DNA of 63,974 bases, filler included, from Sluysia triapertura (taxonomy: Eukaryota), in the NCBI GenBank assembly GCA_046118255.1. It is 4 parts of 4 records of this genome, joined end to end, with 100 filler letters (N's around TTAATTAATTAA, not from the genome) between each part and the next. Parts side by side here need not be neighbours in the genome. Positions count along the whole stretch, not along the records: positions 40,841 to 52,985 come from JBJNIA010134510.1; positions 53,086 to 63,974 come from JBJNIA010191952.1; 2 more parts are not named here. The stretch is one strand, 5' to 3'. Both the position numbers and the translations under genes were made by a program. Positions 49,001 to 63,340 of the stretch are shown in pieces (the stretch's first letter is position 1; the number at the start of each line of letters is the position of its first letter). A model generated the notes under the pieces. The model did not search any database. It had not been told where the DNA came from and saw only the letters and a program-made list of their open reading frames with translations.

Positions 49001-49243
49001 TAAATTATAGTTTCAAAGCTACTATAACATAATAATTAAAGCAATTACACACTATAATTAATTTTTGTATTATAATATTTTTAATGTTTATAATATTATA
49101 ATATGAAAATAATTAAAAATTGCTATTATCAAAATATTCAAAAAAATTTAATATTAAATTCACTTCACGAAGCAAATATAAAATTAATTTTAAAAGATAT
49201 TTTAAAAAATAATGAAACTAAAATTAAAAACGTTTCATGCAGG

Positions 49244-49277
<34 letters not shown>

Positions 49278-52200
49278 GATTTTGATTATTGATTATTTGA
49301 ATTTTTTATTAAAATATACGGCAAACATAAAGCATATTTACGTAAGTAATTCAATATATTAATTTAAAATTATTCATTTATATTTTAGTATATAGCGTCA
49401 TATATAAATATAACTAGACGTAAAGTTTAAGTCAATAGACGTATTATAAAATAGAACATGAGAGATTGTAGTTGTGAATTAGGCTGACAAATGATGCTTA
49501 ACAAACTTTTAAAGGTTATGTCAATGTTATTGTAACCTCTTACGTTGAGTTTTGCAATACCTCGCGAGTAGTCTGTTAAATTAGTCAAATTCTGAGAAGA
49601 CGTGTTTTTTGACATCAAAGATGAACGGAAATCAATGCAGTTATTAGAGATATTGTGGCATAGAAAATGCACTTCAAGAAAGACTTGGGTAAATGTCTAA
49701 ATATCTGTGAGGATTATGTGTTAAAATTAATTTAATTTATTTATCTTATTGTGAGTCCTCTATGATACTGGACTTATTCACTTAAGGGCCAGCACAAAGA
49801 TTTTGCAGTTTTAATAGTGGATAAATTCTGGAGGTTGGTTGTTTATAATTCTTTATTAATTCTATCAATTAACTAGCTCGCTTTATTATTGAACTTACTT
49901 AACGAGTAACTTATTATAATTTAATAAATAGGAGTAGTAAACTCTTATAAAGAACTAATTCAATTATTTAAGACTTATAAAAAGAAATGCACTTCTTAAT
50001 ATTATAATTAATTAATAACAAACACCGAATATTATATTTAAACTAAACTAATTGTACAGCAATTTAGATAAAATTATAAACTGTAAACTACGTTAATAAA
50101 TGTATGATAAAACAGTATATACGTGATGTAGAAAAAATTAACCTCAATATAAAAATTATTAATTCACTTATAATTCTACAAATTATAAACTTTGAATGCT
50201 CGTTCTTATAATTTAAATTTTAATGGTTGTATAATACGTCGAATACAACAAAAAGAATTTAATAATATTAATCGTATCAATTAATATTCAATGAATTTTA
50301 TGTTGTGTAAAAATCACTAAAGTAACAAATTGAGTTTATTTTGGGTTTAGTCTAACTTTATTGAAATATATTTTACTGAATGTAATTTAATATAATATGT
50401 CAATTATGATATTTAGCAATATTAATTTTCTCAATTAATATTTAGTATATTTTATTTTTAAAAGTGAATTTATTTTGTAATGAAAAATTACTAAGTAATT
50501 TAATTGATAATTAAGTGTATTTATATTAGTTTAAAATCAATTCTTATAAAATAATAGACTAACCATTGACTTTTCCAATCAAATTACAATCAAATAAATG
50601 AAATATTCGTCCTTAATTATAATGTAATTCAATAAATTAAATTTCGTCCTTCCGGATTATAATGTAATTAAATATTCTTCTCTCCAAACAATATAAATTT
50701 TACAAACAAAAAATTTTGTATGAACTTAATTATAAACTTCTATAAAATTCTATTGTCTTTATGTACACATATTTTGTTTGCAAACACTTATTACCATGGA
50801 GATCTTTGTTTTAAATAATTTATATTTTATAATAATTATTTTATTTTTATAAGTAATTTTAAATAATTTTTATATTTTATAATAATAATAATTTTATATC
50901 TATTTTATTATTTTATTTATAATAATTATTTTATTATTTTTAATATGATTTTATAATATTTAATAATAATTTATATATTTAAATTTATTGATAATTTCAA
51001 AAATTAAATTCTAAACTTTATTATATTAAAAACTTTAATTATATTAAATTCTAACTTTACAATATTAAAACAACAAAATATATAAGAAAAGAAATCAATA
51101 TAACAAATTATTTATAACAATAATGATTGGAAATTATTGCTTGGATTTTAATTTAATCGTGATTTTATTACTAGTTTAAAATAAATTGGATTTAAATTAG
51201 GATTTTGTCTTTTCGATAATGACACGCAATTTTTAACTAAAACTTTTAACAATAGTCGGTACTCTAGACTTACTGAGTTCCTAATTTTATAATGAGTTCG
51301 CCTACAGTATACGTTCCATATTCTTATAGAAGACTAGGTTTTAATATTTTGTATATCTCTAATGAATTATCTCTACCTTTAAATTATATTGATACTATTT
51401 TAAAAACAAAATTTTAATAGTTATTTTAATTTTCTAATTCATATAAATGAAGATTCAATAAAAAGTTCGCTAAGGTTTATTAACTATAAGATAATCTTCT
51501 ATATAAGATATTCAAATGAAAATTGTATACAGGAAATATTTATTAATAATAACTATTAATAATAATTATTTAATTAGGTTTTTACATTAATGAATATTAT
51601 TTCAGATGTGAGAAAATTGATTTTGACTGACTTAAGTCAGCTAAGAAATTTCGAAATTTTACTTGGATTTTGGATAGAGTATGAAAATTTATAGATCAAA
51701 AATTTACGAAATTGCCAAAATTAAGGACGGCGAGATCCATGTCCAATAAAACCAAGTTATATATGAAATCTTGAAAGCAAAATATCTTCTCTAAAAATTA
51801 CATAACAATCAAAATGTCACATCAATTTTACTAACAAACTTCTCTTAAATTATTGATGATCTCAACTTATTAATTTTATTGTATCTTCGATTTATTCAAT
51901 TAATTATATTCTGCATAAATAATTTTTATAAAATATTACTTTTTATTTAACAAATAAGATAAAATTATAAATTTAATTTTCATAAATTATTAATTTAAAG
52001 ATAAAATTCTTATTTATCATAAATTATTACCACATCTTATTTCTCATAAATTATTATTTGAATTATTTTTCATATCATACCACCAATAAAATCGTAATTT
52101 TCTGACAATAATACAAGTGTTTCTTTTAAAACTTAACTTACTTACAAAATATCTAAGGAGTCGGTTCGCCTAATATATACGACTTGTACCACTATTGGAG

Positions 52201-52305
52201 ACGTACTATTAGGATTCTTATGACTTAACTTAATTATAACTAACTTTAGAAAAGACTCTTTACTTATAACTTACTTTTTATCTGACGATGTCTAATTAAT
52301 TTATG

Positions 52306-52693
52306 ATACAACCCTTTACGAGGTGTTGTTTAATTGAAATTACATCTTTTATAATTACACAACCCGTATTAGGGTGTTGGTTGCAAAAGATATTAGTATT
52401 TTAGAAGATTACGCAATCCACATTAAGGTGTTGCTTTACAACTATTCGTTGATTTTAGAGATTACACAACCCGTATTAAAGTGTTGCTTTAAAAAATTAA
52501 TTAATAAAATAAACTAATGACTAAAAAACAATTGAATGCTCTAAAAGTATATTAATGCGATGCAAATAAAAATTAATCCTTAAAAAGATAAAAACCTGTA
52601 ATAAAAATAATAATTTAATTAACTACTCAACTTTGGTTGGCTGTTTTAAAAGATTTTAAAATAAGTTTTCGCAACCCGTATTAAAGTGTTGCA
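52306..52693. repeat. Five interspaced copies of a ~24-30-bp imperfect palindrome CAACCCGTATTA(A/G)(A/G)GTGTTG
   Basis: Copies at ~52306, 52354, 52408, 52461 and 52670. Confidence 0.8.
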
Positions 52694-52985
52694 TCAAAAT
52701 AAAAATGAATTTTTTAAAGTGAAACTATAAAACTTATTAAAATAAAAATTACTTGCTATTCATGGAATTGAATTAAACAATTTTCTTCTTAAAGTCTGCA
52801 AGATTTTAATTAATTTTCTCTGAAAACCTAAAAATTTCTTCTCCAAGTTTTATGGTAAAACTCACCTATTTATAATTGATTTTCTTCTGTACTGGCCAAC
52901 CTCATAATTTAAGATTAAAAATAATCTCATTAAAATAACCTCACCAACAACCATACTTTTCAACCATAAGTACTACATAATCATC

Positions 52986-53085
52986 NNNNNNNNNNNNNNN
53001 NNNNNNNNNNNNNNNNNNNNNNNNNNNNNTTAATTAATTAANNNNNNNNNNNNNNNNNNNNNNNNNNNNNNNNNNNNNNNNNNNN
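52986..53085. other. Artificial contig-joining spacer
   Basis: Same 100-bp linker. Confidence 0.99.
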
Positions 53086-53157
53086 CGTGAAATACCATAG
53101 TGTCAGTGTTTCAAAACACGTGCAATTAAATAAAATATTTAGAAAATTTGTTTATAT

Positions 53158-53158
<1 letters not shown>

Positions 53159-53196
<38 letters not shown>
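53159..53196. repeat. (TA)n microsatellite
   Basis: Direct inspection. Confidence 0.95.
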
Positions 53197-53198
<2 letters not shown>

Positions 53199-53822
53199 CA
53201 TTTTTTTATTTTTTTCAGAAAGTAAAAAATTGTCTTATTGTAAAAATAATAAAAAAGCTCACTAGAAGACGAAGACAGAATTTTTCAACCAAAGTAGGAG
53301 TTAAATTACTTTTTTATAGAGTAAAAACACAAAGCTTCATGTTTAATTTGTTAACAGACTATAAATGTTTTGAAAGAATATAGGGCCTAGCACAATAATC
53401 GAAACGATCTAGATAAGATAACTGTTGTACTTCAAAAACAATACTCTGTCTTATAAAACTAACAAATTTCAAGAAGCAATTCGAGAAACTAGCTTTGCGG
53501 ATTTATTTTGCTTAATTAACACACGGGGATTTTATTAGTTTAAATATTAACAAATTCGAATATTGAAACTTAGTATTAGTATTACGAATTCTTAAAATTA
53601 GAACTGTTTAGATTACGGATTCAGGGATAAATGTGATAGAAAGAGTGTTTCAAATTGGCACGCGAACCATTTCTATATAAGTTCAATAACATAACATAGA
53701 GAATAAAGGAGGAAACAAGAATCAGAATAGCGAGAATTGGAAAAATAATAAGACAAAAAAGATCAAAAAGAAAATGACAACAGGAAAAATAAAATAACTA
53801 TAGAGTAGTGATATGTAGTGGT

Positions 53823-54239
53823 TCATCTAATATTATCAAAGTTATTTATCCACATAAAACAGAAATTATTTTTACAACAGTCTATAGAAGCAGCATCAAC
53901 CATTAACTTGTTACACTTGATGCAATCATGCAAATTACTCAATTTCTCTTTTTTGGTATTTTCTTTAAAATTGCCAAATTCAGCTGAATGCAGAATGGCG
54001 GGTGGAGTTTATTTGTGTTTTGGTACTCTCGATAAAATATACTTAGCTTCAAAATCTAAAACATCATTATTTTTTATTACATTTCCATTAGCATCATAAA
54101 CGTCTAATTGATACATATGATAATTCAATGAATGCTTTTTGCCAATTAATTCTTTAAATTGTTTCAGAGTTAAGATGACATATAATGAAACTTTCTCAAA
54201 TTCAATTTTTGTCTTAAATTTATAAAATATATCAGGCAT
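53823..54239 (-). pseudogene. Intronless RBBP6/Mpe1-like DWNN + RING sequence with in-frame stops
   Basis: IFYKFKT...YILSRVP resembles DWNN; after TAA at 54009 the same frame gives CIKCNKLMVDAASIDCCKNNFC, resembling the RBBP6 RING. Confidence 0.7.
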
Positions 54240-55435
54240 TCTTAAATATAACGCGACATGTGAAAATTGTACAATAAAGTTAGTCCATGTAGAATATAAA
54301 ATGGATGCACAAAATGTTGATAGAGTAAAAAGAATAATTTATGATACAATTAATTTATTTTACTTTGTTCTTTTTTTAAATAATACGTTTAATTTTTATT
54401 ACAATATTATTTATTAAAATATTTTTATCGATGCTAAAAATGGAGCCTTAATTCTTGAACGACAACTATAAAGCATCACCTCTTAACGAAAGTGAAACAG
54501 CAGATGATTATTGTAGGGTTGATGAACCTGTTCATGCTAATGTAACTGAATGTTTCTTGATTTCAAATAATACAAATGATAAAAATAACAATTACGGATT
54601 GAATGATAAAATAGGTAAGAAATTATTTATCGATGAAAAATTACGTCACGATGCTGCTAGGCGAATACGACGATTCTATTGTCGTATTAAGGCTCGTGAT
54701 TTAAATAGACTTATTAATTGCAGAGGGGTGTTTGTGCAGGAGAAATTTCAAAAATTGAATCAATCTGATGATAATTGTATTTATAACGATAAAAATTCGT
54801 TTATGAATCAAATCAAATTAAACTACCACTAAATGTAAGCTCTAGTAATAAAATTGATCAAGATCTTGAAATGTGGAGTAACTATGAATCCAGTACAAAT
54901 TTGGATATGTTAAATGAAAAAGAAGCGAATATTGACTTTAGCAATGAACATACATGTGATTCTATTCCTTATGAATACCTTACCAATACCTTTCTCTTCA
55001 CCTGAAACATCAAACAAGACCGATAAACATGAAATTCATCAAATTTGTTAAATGCTGATTATCAACTTTACAGAGTTCGGAAGTAAATCGAAGATAATTG
55101 TCGAAAAGTTCTACTAGAGATTCTTTTAAAAATGAATCTAGAGATTCATCATAAAAATGAACATTCTATAATCATGACAGAGCAGACTAATTCTAATGCC
55201 TTTATATAATAAATCAGTTAAATTTTATTGTTTTGTTTATGAGTCTAATTTTAATAGAGTAAAGGTTCTTAAGACCCATGTTTATGCTAAAGAATTGTGT
55301 AATTTTACATATAAATTATTAAAAATTATATTTTTACGCAACCATTTGAGCATAATATACAAAAATATTTTTCCTGTTTTAGTCTAATAATTTGGCCATC
55401 ACTGTATATATAATTGATTTAGTTTTAATCTATAG

Positions 55436-58313
55436 AAATATGGAAATAATAACTCGTCACGAAACCAGTCAAATAGCAAATCACATTTCATTCGATGAAT
55501 ATGGACAAATCATAAGTCGTCAAAAGGTTGCTCGTCAAAAAGGTACAACGACACGTGTCAGTAAACTATTTAACAGATTGCCTATTCGAAGATACAATTT
55601 AGTGAAAAATAATAAGACAGAATTGAATAAATTGATAAATATGGTCACTGGGTTTTGTATAGGAAATTCGATCTGCAGAATAAATTTGATTCGTAAGATA
55701 ACATTCTTTTGTTAATTGTTTTTTTAACAAGTTATCAAATTTCTGTACTTAAACTGACTATAGATCTATGAAAATAATGCTTTAAGATTATTTTATACTG
55801 TAAAACTTCTTCTACTTACCTACTCCTACTTACGAAAAATTTTAGAGAACTCTTTGGTGCTTTCGAGGAGCTAAACCGAAAGTTGGACCCAAGTTTTTAA
55901 CATTCTGGTTCAGAATGAAGTTGTTCCTGCACCTGTAACGGAATCTGACATGCTCGATATAATAAAAAATAATTGATATTTTGGTTTTATATCTTTATTG
56001 AATGAAAATAACTTTAAAAAACTTCTAGCATTTCCACACTGTCAAAAATTTATGAGGAAATGCGTATTTCCACAGGGCAAATAAAAGAAGTTTTGCAGTA
56101 TTAAATTATATCATACTTCTTAAAGTTTCCTGTGATATTTATGGTTTTAGTTACAAAAATCTTTTGAAATTTTCGTTATTTAACATTCTGAGATAATTTC
56201 TTTTTATTATTTTGTTTTTTCTAATTTTTAAAACAAAATATTTTCTTTAAATTTCTGTTTCATTCAGATTTTATTTTAAGTTTAAAAAATATGTTTTAAT
56301 AAAATTGAACCTTATTTGTGATAAGTTTATGAATTATATTGATCACTATTTCCGGTGTAATACATTGATTTTATAATTGATATGAAAGTTGATTATTGTT
56401 GAATATAAAAATCAAAAATGTTGTGATTTGTTACATTTTTCTAAAAGTTTTCTATTGGTTCCTAACGCAAAAATGAACCAAAATATGAAAAATAGAAGAG
56501 AAACCGTATTGAAGAGCTTTTTCAATCCGACAATTACGATGAAACAGTGATGAATTTTCTGGTGAAATGTAAACTCTTGAATAAAGATTGATATAATTCT
56601 TTACATATTATATTTCTTAAAAATACAATTTACACAAAGAGATTATCGTATCAAAGCCAAAAAGCAAAGTACGGTGAGGAGTTCGAGTCGAGTTTGGTCA
56701 TATAAAACAAAACAAAACAAATCCCGTGACACACTACGAAAAACGTAATAGTAAGTTTCTCGAATAAAATGTGTTATTTGACAGTGTTCATTTGTTTCGC
56801 CTTATGGGAAATGTTACAGCATCCACTTTATTTTTGAAAGAGTTGCATTTTTATTTTGCTCTAGCTTTGATATTACAAGTTAGAAATGTTGGGATATAGG
56901 CCTAAGGTGCCATTTGGTATGGTTGACTAAAAATTGTTAGACAAGGCCGATAGCTCTGTGGTAGAACATCGAACTGCGCAGCGAGAGGTCTCGGGTTCGA
57001 TTCCCGGTCCAATTTATGAAGTCTAACAGAAATATTATTTATTGATTATTTTATAATTATTTGTTATTTTTAATAATAAGTAAATAATAATAATTATTAT
57101 TGACTTTTTCAGATCAGATTGATAATGGAAATAGTAAAACTTTAATATCCGGAGGTGGCGGATCCAATCAAGTGTTAAGTGGTGATTTAGAAAAGGACTG
57201 GTTGAAAAGAAATATAGAACAAGTGTTGGGATTGGATGAATCAATTGATAAAGTAATGATTGAAGTGTTGCGAGATGATTTATCTAAAATTGACGAAATA
57301 ATTTGCGATAATGTATTAATGGAATTTAATTTAAAAGCGAAACAAATAATTGGATATGAAATGCGGTTAGTGCATTGTGTGTGTGTGCTGTTTATTTCAT
57401 GTATAAATAAAAATTTTCAGGTATAAATAAAAACATAATTCTTAAAAATTGATTTTTAGTTATTTTCCACTAAGTAATCTCTGCAGATCAAGAGTGTACT
57501 CTAACATTTTGTCACTTATGTCAGGCGTGCGCGCCCCCATTTTCAACATATTTATTTTTGGCGTCCCAACTTAATAAAAAATCATAACGCCACTATCAAA
57601 AAACTTCATAAATAAAATATACATCTTTTTAATAACAAAACGTGTTTTTCTGTTTCTTATAAATTAAATATTATGAACAACAACAGTTCTAATTCTTTAG
57701 AAAAAAATAATGAAAAATTAACAAAATTAAATTTTAATTCTTTATATCAAAAATGCAAATTATTATTTTTCTGCGAAATATTAATATCTTTTTCAACACG
57801 TCGCTGCTGCTATTTCGCGATTGTGATAGCAGTCTGCTAGCGTTATTTTTAATTAACAGCTAAAAATAGTAGAATACCAAATAACATAACATCTCTACTG
57901 CACATGTATAATTGATTTATGAATTTGTAAGTATATTTGCTTTGAAATTTTATTCTTGATGATTGTTCTACATCAAGAACGTGAATTATGGAATTACTTG
58001 AATTAGTAAAAAAACAACAAAAAATATTCAAATAAAAAACAAAACTTTGTAAAATCTAACATTTTTAAAATTTTTAGCGCCCCAATCCAAGGACTTGACC
58101 CATAGTTTGCGCACCTTTGACTTATGTGACTGGGCTCTTCTACAAGTCAACTACACTTTTAAAAGGGTCATTTTGGGACATAAATGTATTAAGTAGTAGA
58201 AGGGTTCGCAGTTTGTTTCGACCTCTGAAGTAGAGATATTTCTGTTGCTGAAATTATTATACTTATTATTATTATCATAATTATCATTTTTATGACAATT
58301 AATATTAACATTA

Positions 58314-58359
<46 letters not shown>

Positions 58360-61300
58360 ATCATCATTACTCCAGTGAATACAATTAAGCTAGTAGTAAA
58401 ATTGTATGTTTAGAATCTTGGGTTTTTATAAAATTTTGTCAAATCGAATTGTTTATATTACATTTGTTGTAGTTAAATTGGATGGACGAGTAAGATTAGT
58501 AGTGAAAAATTGCTTGATGTTGTAGGGAATTGAATTTCTTAGGTGAAATTATTTACTTAAGTTGTGATATTTTGTTTTTGTATGACTTAATAGAAATAAT
58601 ATTAGCACATTCTCATTAAATAACACGAAAATTCTTTATTATATTCAATTAACTTAAATTTTATAATCGTTGTTGTCACACAAAAAGAATAAAACTAGAT
58701 ACATGATACTTAAATTTACTAACGTTAATAGTTCTGGCCGAAATCGAGTCGTCGCATGCACCCACACTATTTCTTTTTGTAATACAAATTTCATAATAAA
58801 ATTTTAAGCATAAAACGCGGTCGAAACATCGGAATTTGAAAATATACTTTATACGACAAAAAATTTTATAGAACAAGGTAAGACTCTATAAACTTTAAAG
58901 TAAGTAATATAATCAACTTCATAACTTTTAAATGCATCTAAAATATCAATAAATTTAAAAATATTAAAAATATTAGATTCAGAATAAAAATATAATCAAT
59001 TGCATAAGATTTAAGGATATTTGAATTAATAAGTTTATCTGTATGAGATCTTTTATTAATTTTATTTATACCAATAAATTTAAAATTGTCAAAAGTGTTA
59101 GATTCAGAATAAAAAATATAATCAATGCATAATATTTAAGGATTTGTGTGATATGTTTGTAGGTGTGGGCCGTGCCACCACATTTGTGTAAAACAAAACA
59201 AGTCTCTTAATAAATTTATTCGTCTTCTATTTCAAGTTCATCTAATTCTTCGGAAACATCAATTGGTTCAATAGATCGATCACATACTTTCCTTTGTAAA
59301 TATTTTTCATTAAATAACGTTCCGTAGACATTATCCATTCACTAATGTCAGGGGAAAATCAGGCTGCATTAATAGATTTTATTATATTTCCAGATGATAC
59401 AGCATTCCAAGATTTGACTTTGGAATTGCCAGGTGGCTAAGGATTTCCATTTTTGGTGAATTCTGTTTCATAAGAAACTTTCCACGAATTAATTTTCGAA
59501 GATAAAAATCTTTGAATTCCTTAAATATGATGTTAATCAACCTGGAATAATGTTACTTTTTTGGCAATGTTCTTTAACTGCCTTGGAAATATGTACCCTA
59601 TAAGAATTCCGAACTTATCTCAAATCTAGGGAACATTATCTTGGGTTATCCAAACTCGGTTTTGGGTCGTTGTCATTAATCCATTTTTGGTTTGCAATTG
59701 ACCTCTGGTCTGTCCCCCACGAATAATCAAAGGCGGAACTTTTTCCAGTAACCCAAACAGAAAGAGAAGCCATTACTCTTATTGAAGAAAATCCTGTTGA
59801 CCGCATAACGACATGCCACCTTCCTTTCAATTCAATAGTTTGAGTCCTATTTTCTTCGAAATGGACAGATGTTTATTCATTAGTATTGTTTTCGATATGT
59901 TGATGGTATTAATTTCTGAAGGTGCACAATAAATGAAACATCGTCTGACAGGGTTGTAAGATTGGTTGTTCTCTTCATAAAACCATCAATTCATCTACCG
60001 CTTCCCATTATTGGAATGTTTTCTTCAGCTAAATAGACTGCTCTGTCAGAATAAATGTCCTTGCTACTTTTAATTACTGCGAACATCTCTTCTAGTTCTC
60101 CTAGTGATGTTTTCTGATCTTCTCTTTTAACTCATTTAATAAGATTTGACAGGGTTTGAGTTGCCTCTTTATTCATATACTAATTCCTAAATATTGAATG
60201 GCAATATTCACAACGATCTCTTTCTCCAAAGTGTTGCGTCGCTTTATGCGAACTATTTCCATGCTCCGTATAGGTAATGACTTCCTTCTTGAATACCATT
60301 GTAAAATAATAAATTATTATTTAACTCATAATTGAAATAAATTTTTTAATCATAATATTGTAAGAAAATGTGACGTAAGGTATACAGAATAAAGACAAAG
60401 TTGAAGTGAGTCCACCAACGTATTGGACTTACTTATGTGGCCAACCGTTGGATTTTTATACAAGAATTCGTGAAAGTGGTTGAATTGTAATATCACTAAT
60501 CTTAAGGAGGATTTTAGTTTAGTTTAACGAGATTTTAATGTGGTTCTTACTTTGAACCAGAGATGATTTTAATTTGGTTCTTAAATATACTATTAAGATT
60601 TTAATAAGGTTCTTATACCGAACCTATTCTTCGTGCAGATTTTAAAATGAATTAAAAAACAATTTTAAAATAATATGTCTATTAATAACAAATGACAAAC
60701 TATAAAATAGATACAATTAATAAAACAATATTATATAATAAAATAAATATAATAGAATAAATAAATATAATAAATATAATTTTTAAAGGATTATTCCTTG
60801 AATAATCACTACAGTTGATAGTTTAAAGAGTTATTTTAATGAGCTATCAATAAAAGATAGCTATATGCAATTTAAATAAAGAATTTAAGTTTATTTTAAA
60901 AAGGCAACATTAAAAGTTGCAGGAACCTTACATATAAAAAAACTAACGATGAAAATTTTAATGATTCAGAATCAATGAGAGTCCACGTTAAGAATCGTTA
61001 TGTGAAGAATAATCTCTGAATGATCTGTTCTTTTGTTACAAGAAACGAGAATTCCGCTTAAATGATTTATCTGATGAAAGACTTGTGTCAAATATTGTGT
61101 GTGAATTTGGTGTAAAATGTTAAGTGTTTATATATAAAATTAAACGACCTTACATAAATATAACAATTTAAACAAAAGTAAATATTAAAATTAAATATTT
61201 TGAGCAAATAATAAGAAATAAAATAGACAACAATTGTGACCATTGTGACAAAATTAAAATTAAAAATATTAAAAAATTAAAATTAAAATAATTAAAATTA

Positions 61301-63340
61301 AAAATTCTTATGTTTAGAATATTATTATGTCCAGATATTTTTCAAAATTGATTTATTTCACAAAAATATTATTAACTAATTGTGAACACATTTAATTATT
61401 TAGTACAAATACATTTTAAATTTAATAGCTTTAATGTGTTTTTAATAGTTAACTAAAAATAGATTATTGTTGTGTGTTTATTTATTTAATACAATTTAAT
61501 ACAACAGTGTTTATTTAACACAATTTAATAAATTTAATTATTTATTTACATATTAATACAACAATGTGTTTTATTTATTTACATATTAATACAACAGTGT
61601 GTTTTATTTATTTACAATATTAAAACAATATTTATTTAAAAAATTGATGACACTATTAAATAGTATCACTAATTTTATTTGATTGATGATACTATTTTAC
61701 ACCACTCAAAATAAATAAATTCGATATATTATTCGAACTTTTATTTAATTGAATGCAGCAATTACTTAATGTATCGAAATTCTATAGAATCCTAAATATT
61801 TAGATCAAAATTAACTATTGAAAAGTATATTTCCATCAGAGACCAGTTCAGAACTAATTCCCAATAGAATAAATGTATCTTCGTGTTTATCGATTTAATT
61901 TATAAAAACGAATATTCGGAAAATTAATGACTGTTCAAAATAAATAAATAATTAATTATTGCGAAATTAAATTAAATATTTATTACTTTTTAGTAAAGTA
62001 AAATGAACTGTTTTAACAGGAAAATAAATTTTGTATTAAAATATTAAAACAAAAACTAAAAATGGGATCATCCCTTTTCAATTCCCTTTATATTTATATG
62101 TTATAATATATTTATATTATATTTATAATTATATTTATATTTATAATGAAATACACTTAAATAATAATAATTTCAGTATTCGCGGTTGGATCCAGCGACC
62201 TACCAGTAGTAATTGGAGTGTTAAGAATAAAATAATCAATACATCACAGATACAATATCTTATTGTAAATGGAAGACCTTGTCACTCCAAAGAACTTGCA
62301 GATATCATCAAAACCGTTTACAAAGAAGTTGTACCCAACTATTCCAAATCACCGAACTATATCTTGATATTTGATTTGCCGCCACGTTAGTGATTGTTCA
62401 CTTCATTATTGATGGTGCATTAATATAGAAATAATACGATTACTTTATTTCTGCGGTTTTAATTGGTTTATTTCCATTAATTTAGCAGTTTGGAAGGCTT
62501 GTGATTTTTCTGTTGCATATGCTGTGGTTATATTTTCATCCTTAATTTCATTCTATAATATAACTTTTTATATCCGTCTAATTGTTAATTCATGTCTTTT
62601 TACTTCTTTGTTATTCTTGCTTATTTTGCAACTCTTTCATTGGTTTATTGTGATAAACTCGATTCTTATTGTTTTCTGAAATGTTTCGAATTTCTAGGTT
62701 CTTAAGGTTCTTGAGTTTTGTTCAGTGATTTATTTATTTACAAATGATTTAACAACTTGGAGTTTGTTATCAATTTTCAGTGCATTTTTGACACTCATTA
62801 AATCTTTTATTAATTTAAGAATTGTCTTCCGCTTGGACAATCTCCCTAAAATTGAAAAGTCATAAATTCACAGTCGTACAATTAGGAAGGGATCTGATCA
62901 CATTTATTTCTGCAGCTTAGACTTTAGTTAACTGATTAGTAGTGAGGTTAATAAAACCGAATCAACAATGATCTTTGATACACCTTTTTTATTATCTTTA
63001 ATATCCGGGAGAATTCAGTTGCCTTTTTCGTTACAACTCGAAATCTGTATGATTACTTCATTCATTTATTAATTACAGAAAATATTGATGTCAATTTGGA
63101 TCCTGACAAACGTTTTGTACTTTTTCGACACAATTCAATTGTTAAATCTATACTGAAATTAAGTCTTATGCATTCTTTATCAAAATGTGGATTTTCAATG
63201 GACAAACAATTTCTTGGCCCATCCGTATTAGTAACCAATCACAAAACACATAATTCAAAATCAAATGCATCACCACAATTGGAAGAATTTATTCGCTCTG
63301 GAAGAAGATTTCAGTTTCCAAGTAATACATTGAGTAATAT
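55436..63340 (+). CDS. PMS2: PMS2-like MutL mismatch-repair gene, exons 55436-55692, 57113-57365, 62177-62385, 63079-63340 (partial)
   Basis: ISFDEYGQII...RQKGTTTRVSKLFNRLPIR, LKRNIEQVLG, IRGWIQRP...QYLIVNGRPC, PQNIDVNLDPDKR; all three junctions are GT-AG and phase-compatible. Confidence 0.85.
56898..57028 (+). mobile_element. tRNA-like (SINE-type) dispersed repeat, copy 2 (intronic)
   Basis: A box TAGCTCTGTGG and B box GGTTCGATTCC; flanks shared with 9563-9717. Confidence 0.7.
57522..58119. mobile_element. hAT-type MITE (598 bp) with an exact 8-bp target-site duplication
   Basis: ACTTATGT|CAGGCGTGCGC...GCGCACCTTTG|ACTTATGT. Confidence 0.85.
58254..58360. repeat. (ATT)n microsatellite
   Basis: Direct inspection. 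Confidence 0.9.
59220..60300 (-). mobile_element. Decayed pogo-like transposase (intronic)
   Basis: FKKEVITYTEHG...ATQHFG (HTH-like), WIDGFMKR (CENP-B HTH-like), TSVHFEENRTQTIELKGRWHVVMRSTG (DDE_1-like); many stops. Confidence 0.7.
61470..61640. repeat. Degenerate AT-rich minisatellite (TTTATTTATTTACATATTAATACAACAGTGTG-like)
   Basis: Direct inspection. Confidence 0.7.

Noticed and set aside
53823-54239. Ciliate-type recoding (TAA=Gln or TGA=Cys) to explain stops in DWNN-RING
   Set aside because: Cadherin and PMS2 exons read normally in the standard code and indicate an animal host; pseudogene decay is the simpler explanation
56945-57011. Functional tRNA gene
   Set aside because: Acceptor and anticodon stems do not pair properly, and the two copies differ by indels in the anticodon arm
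62177-62225. piggyBac-like end resembling 48580-48617
   Set aside because: It lies in a phase-consistent PMS2 coding exon; the 48418-48617 element alone is too weak to call
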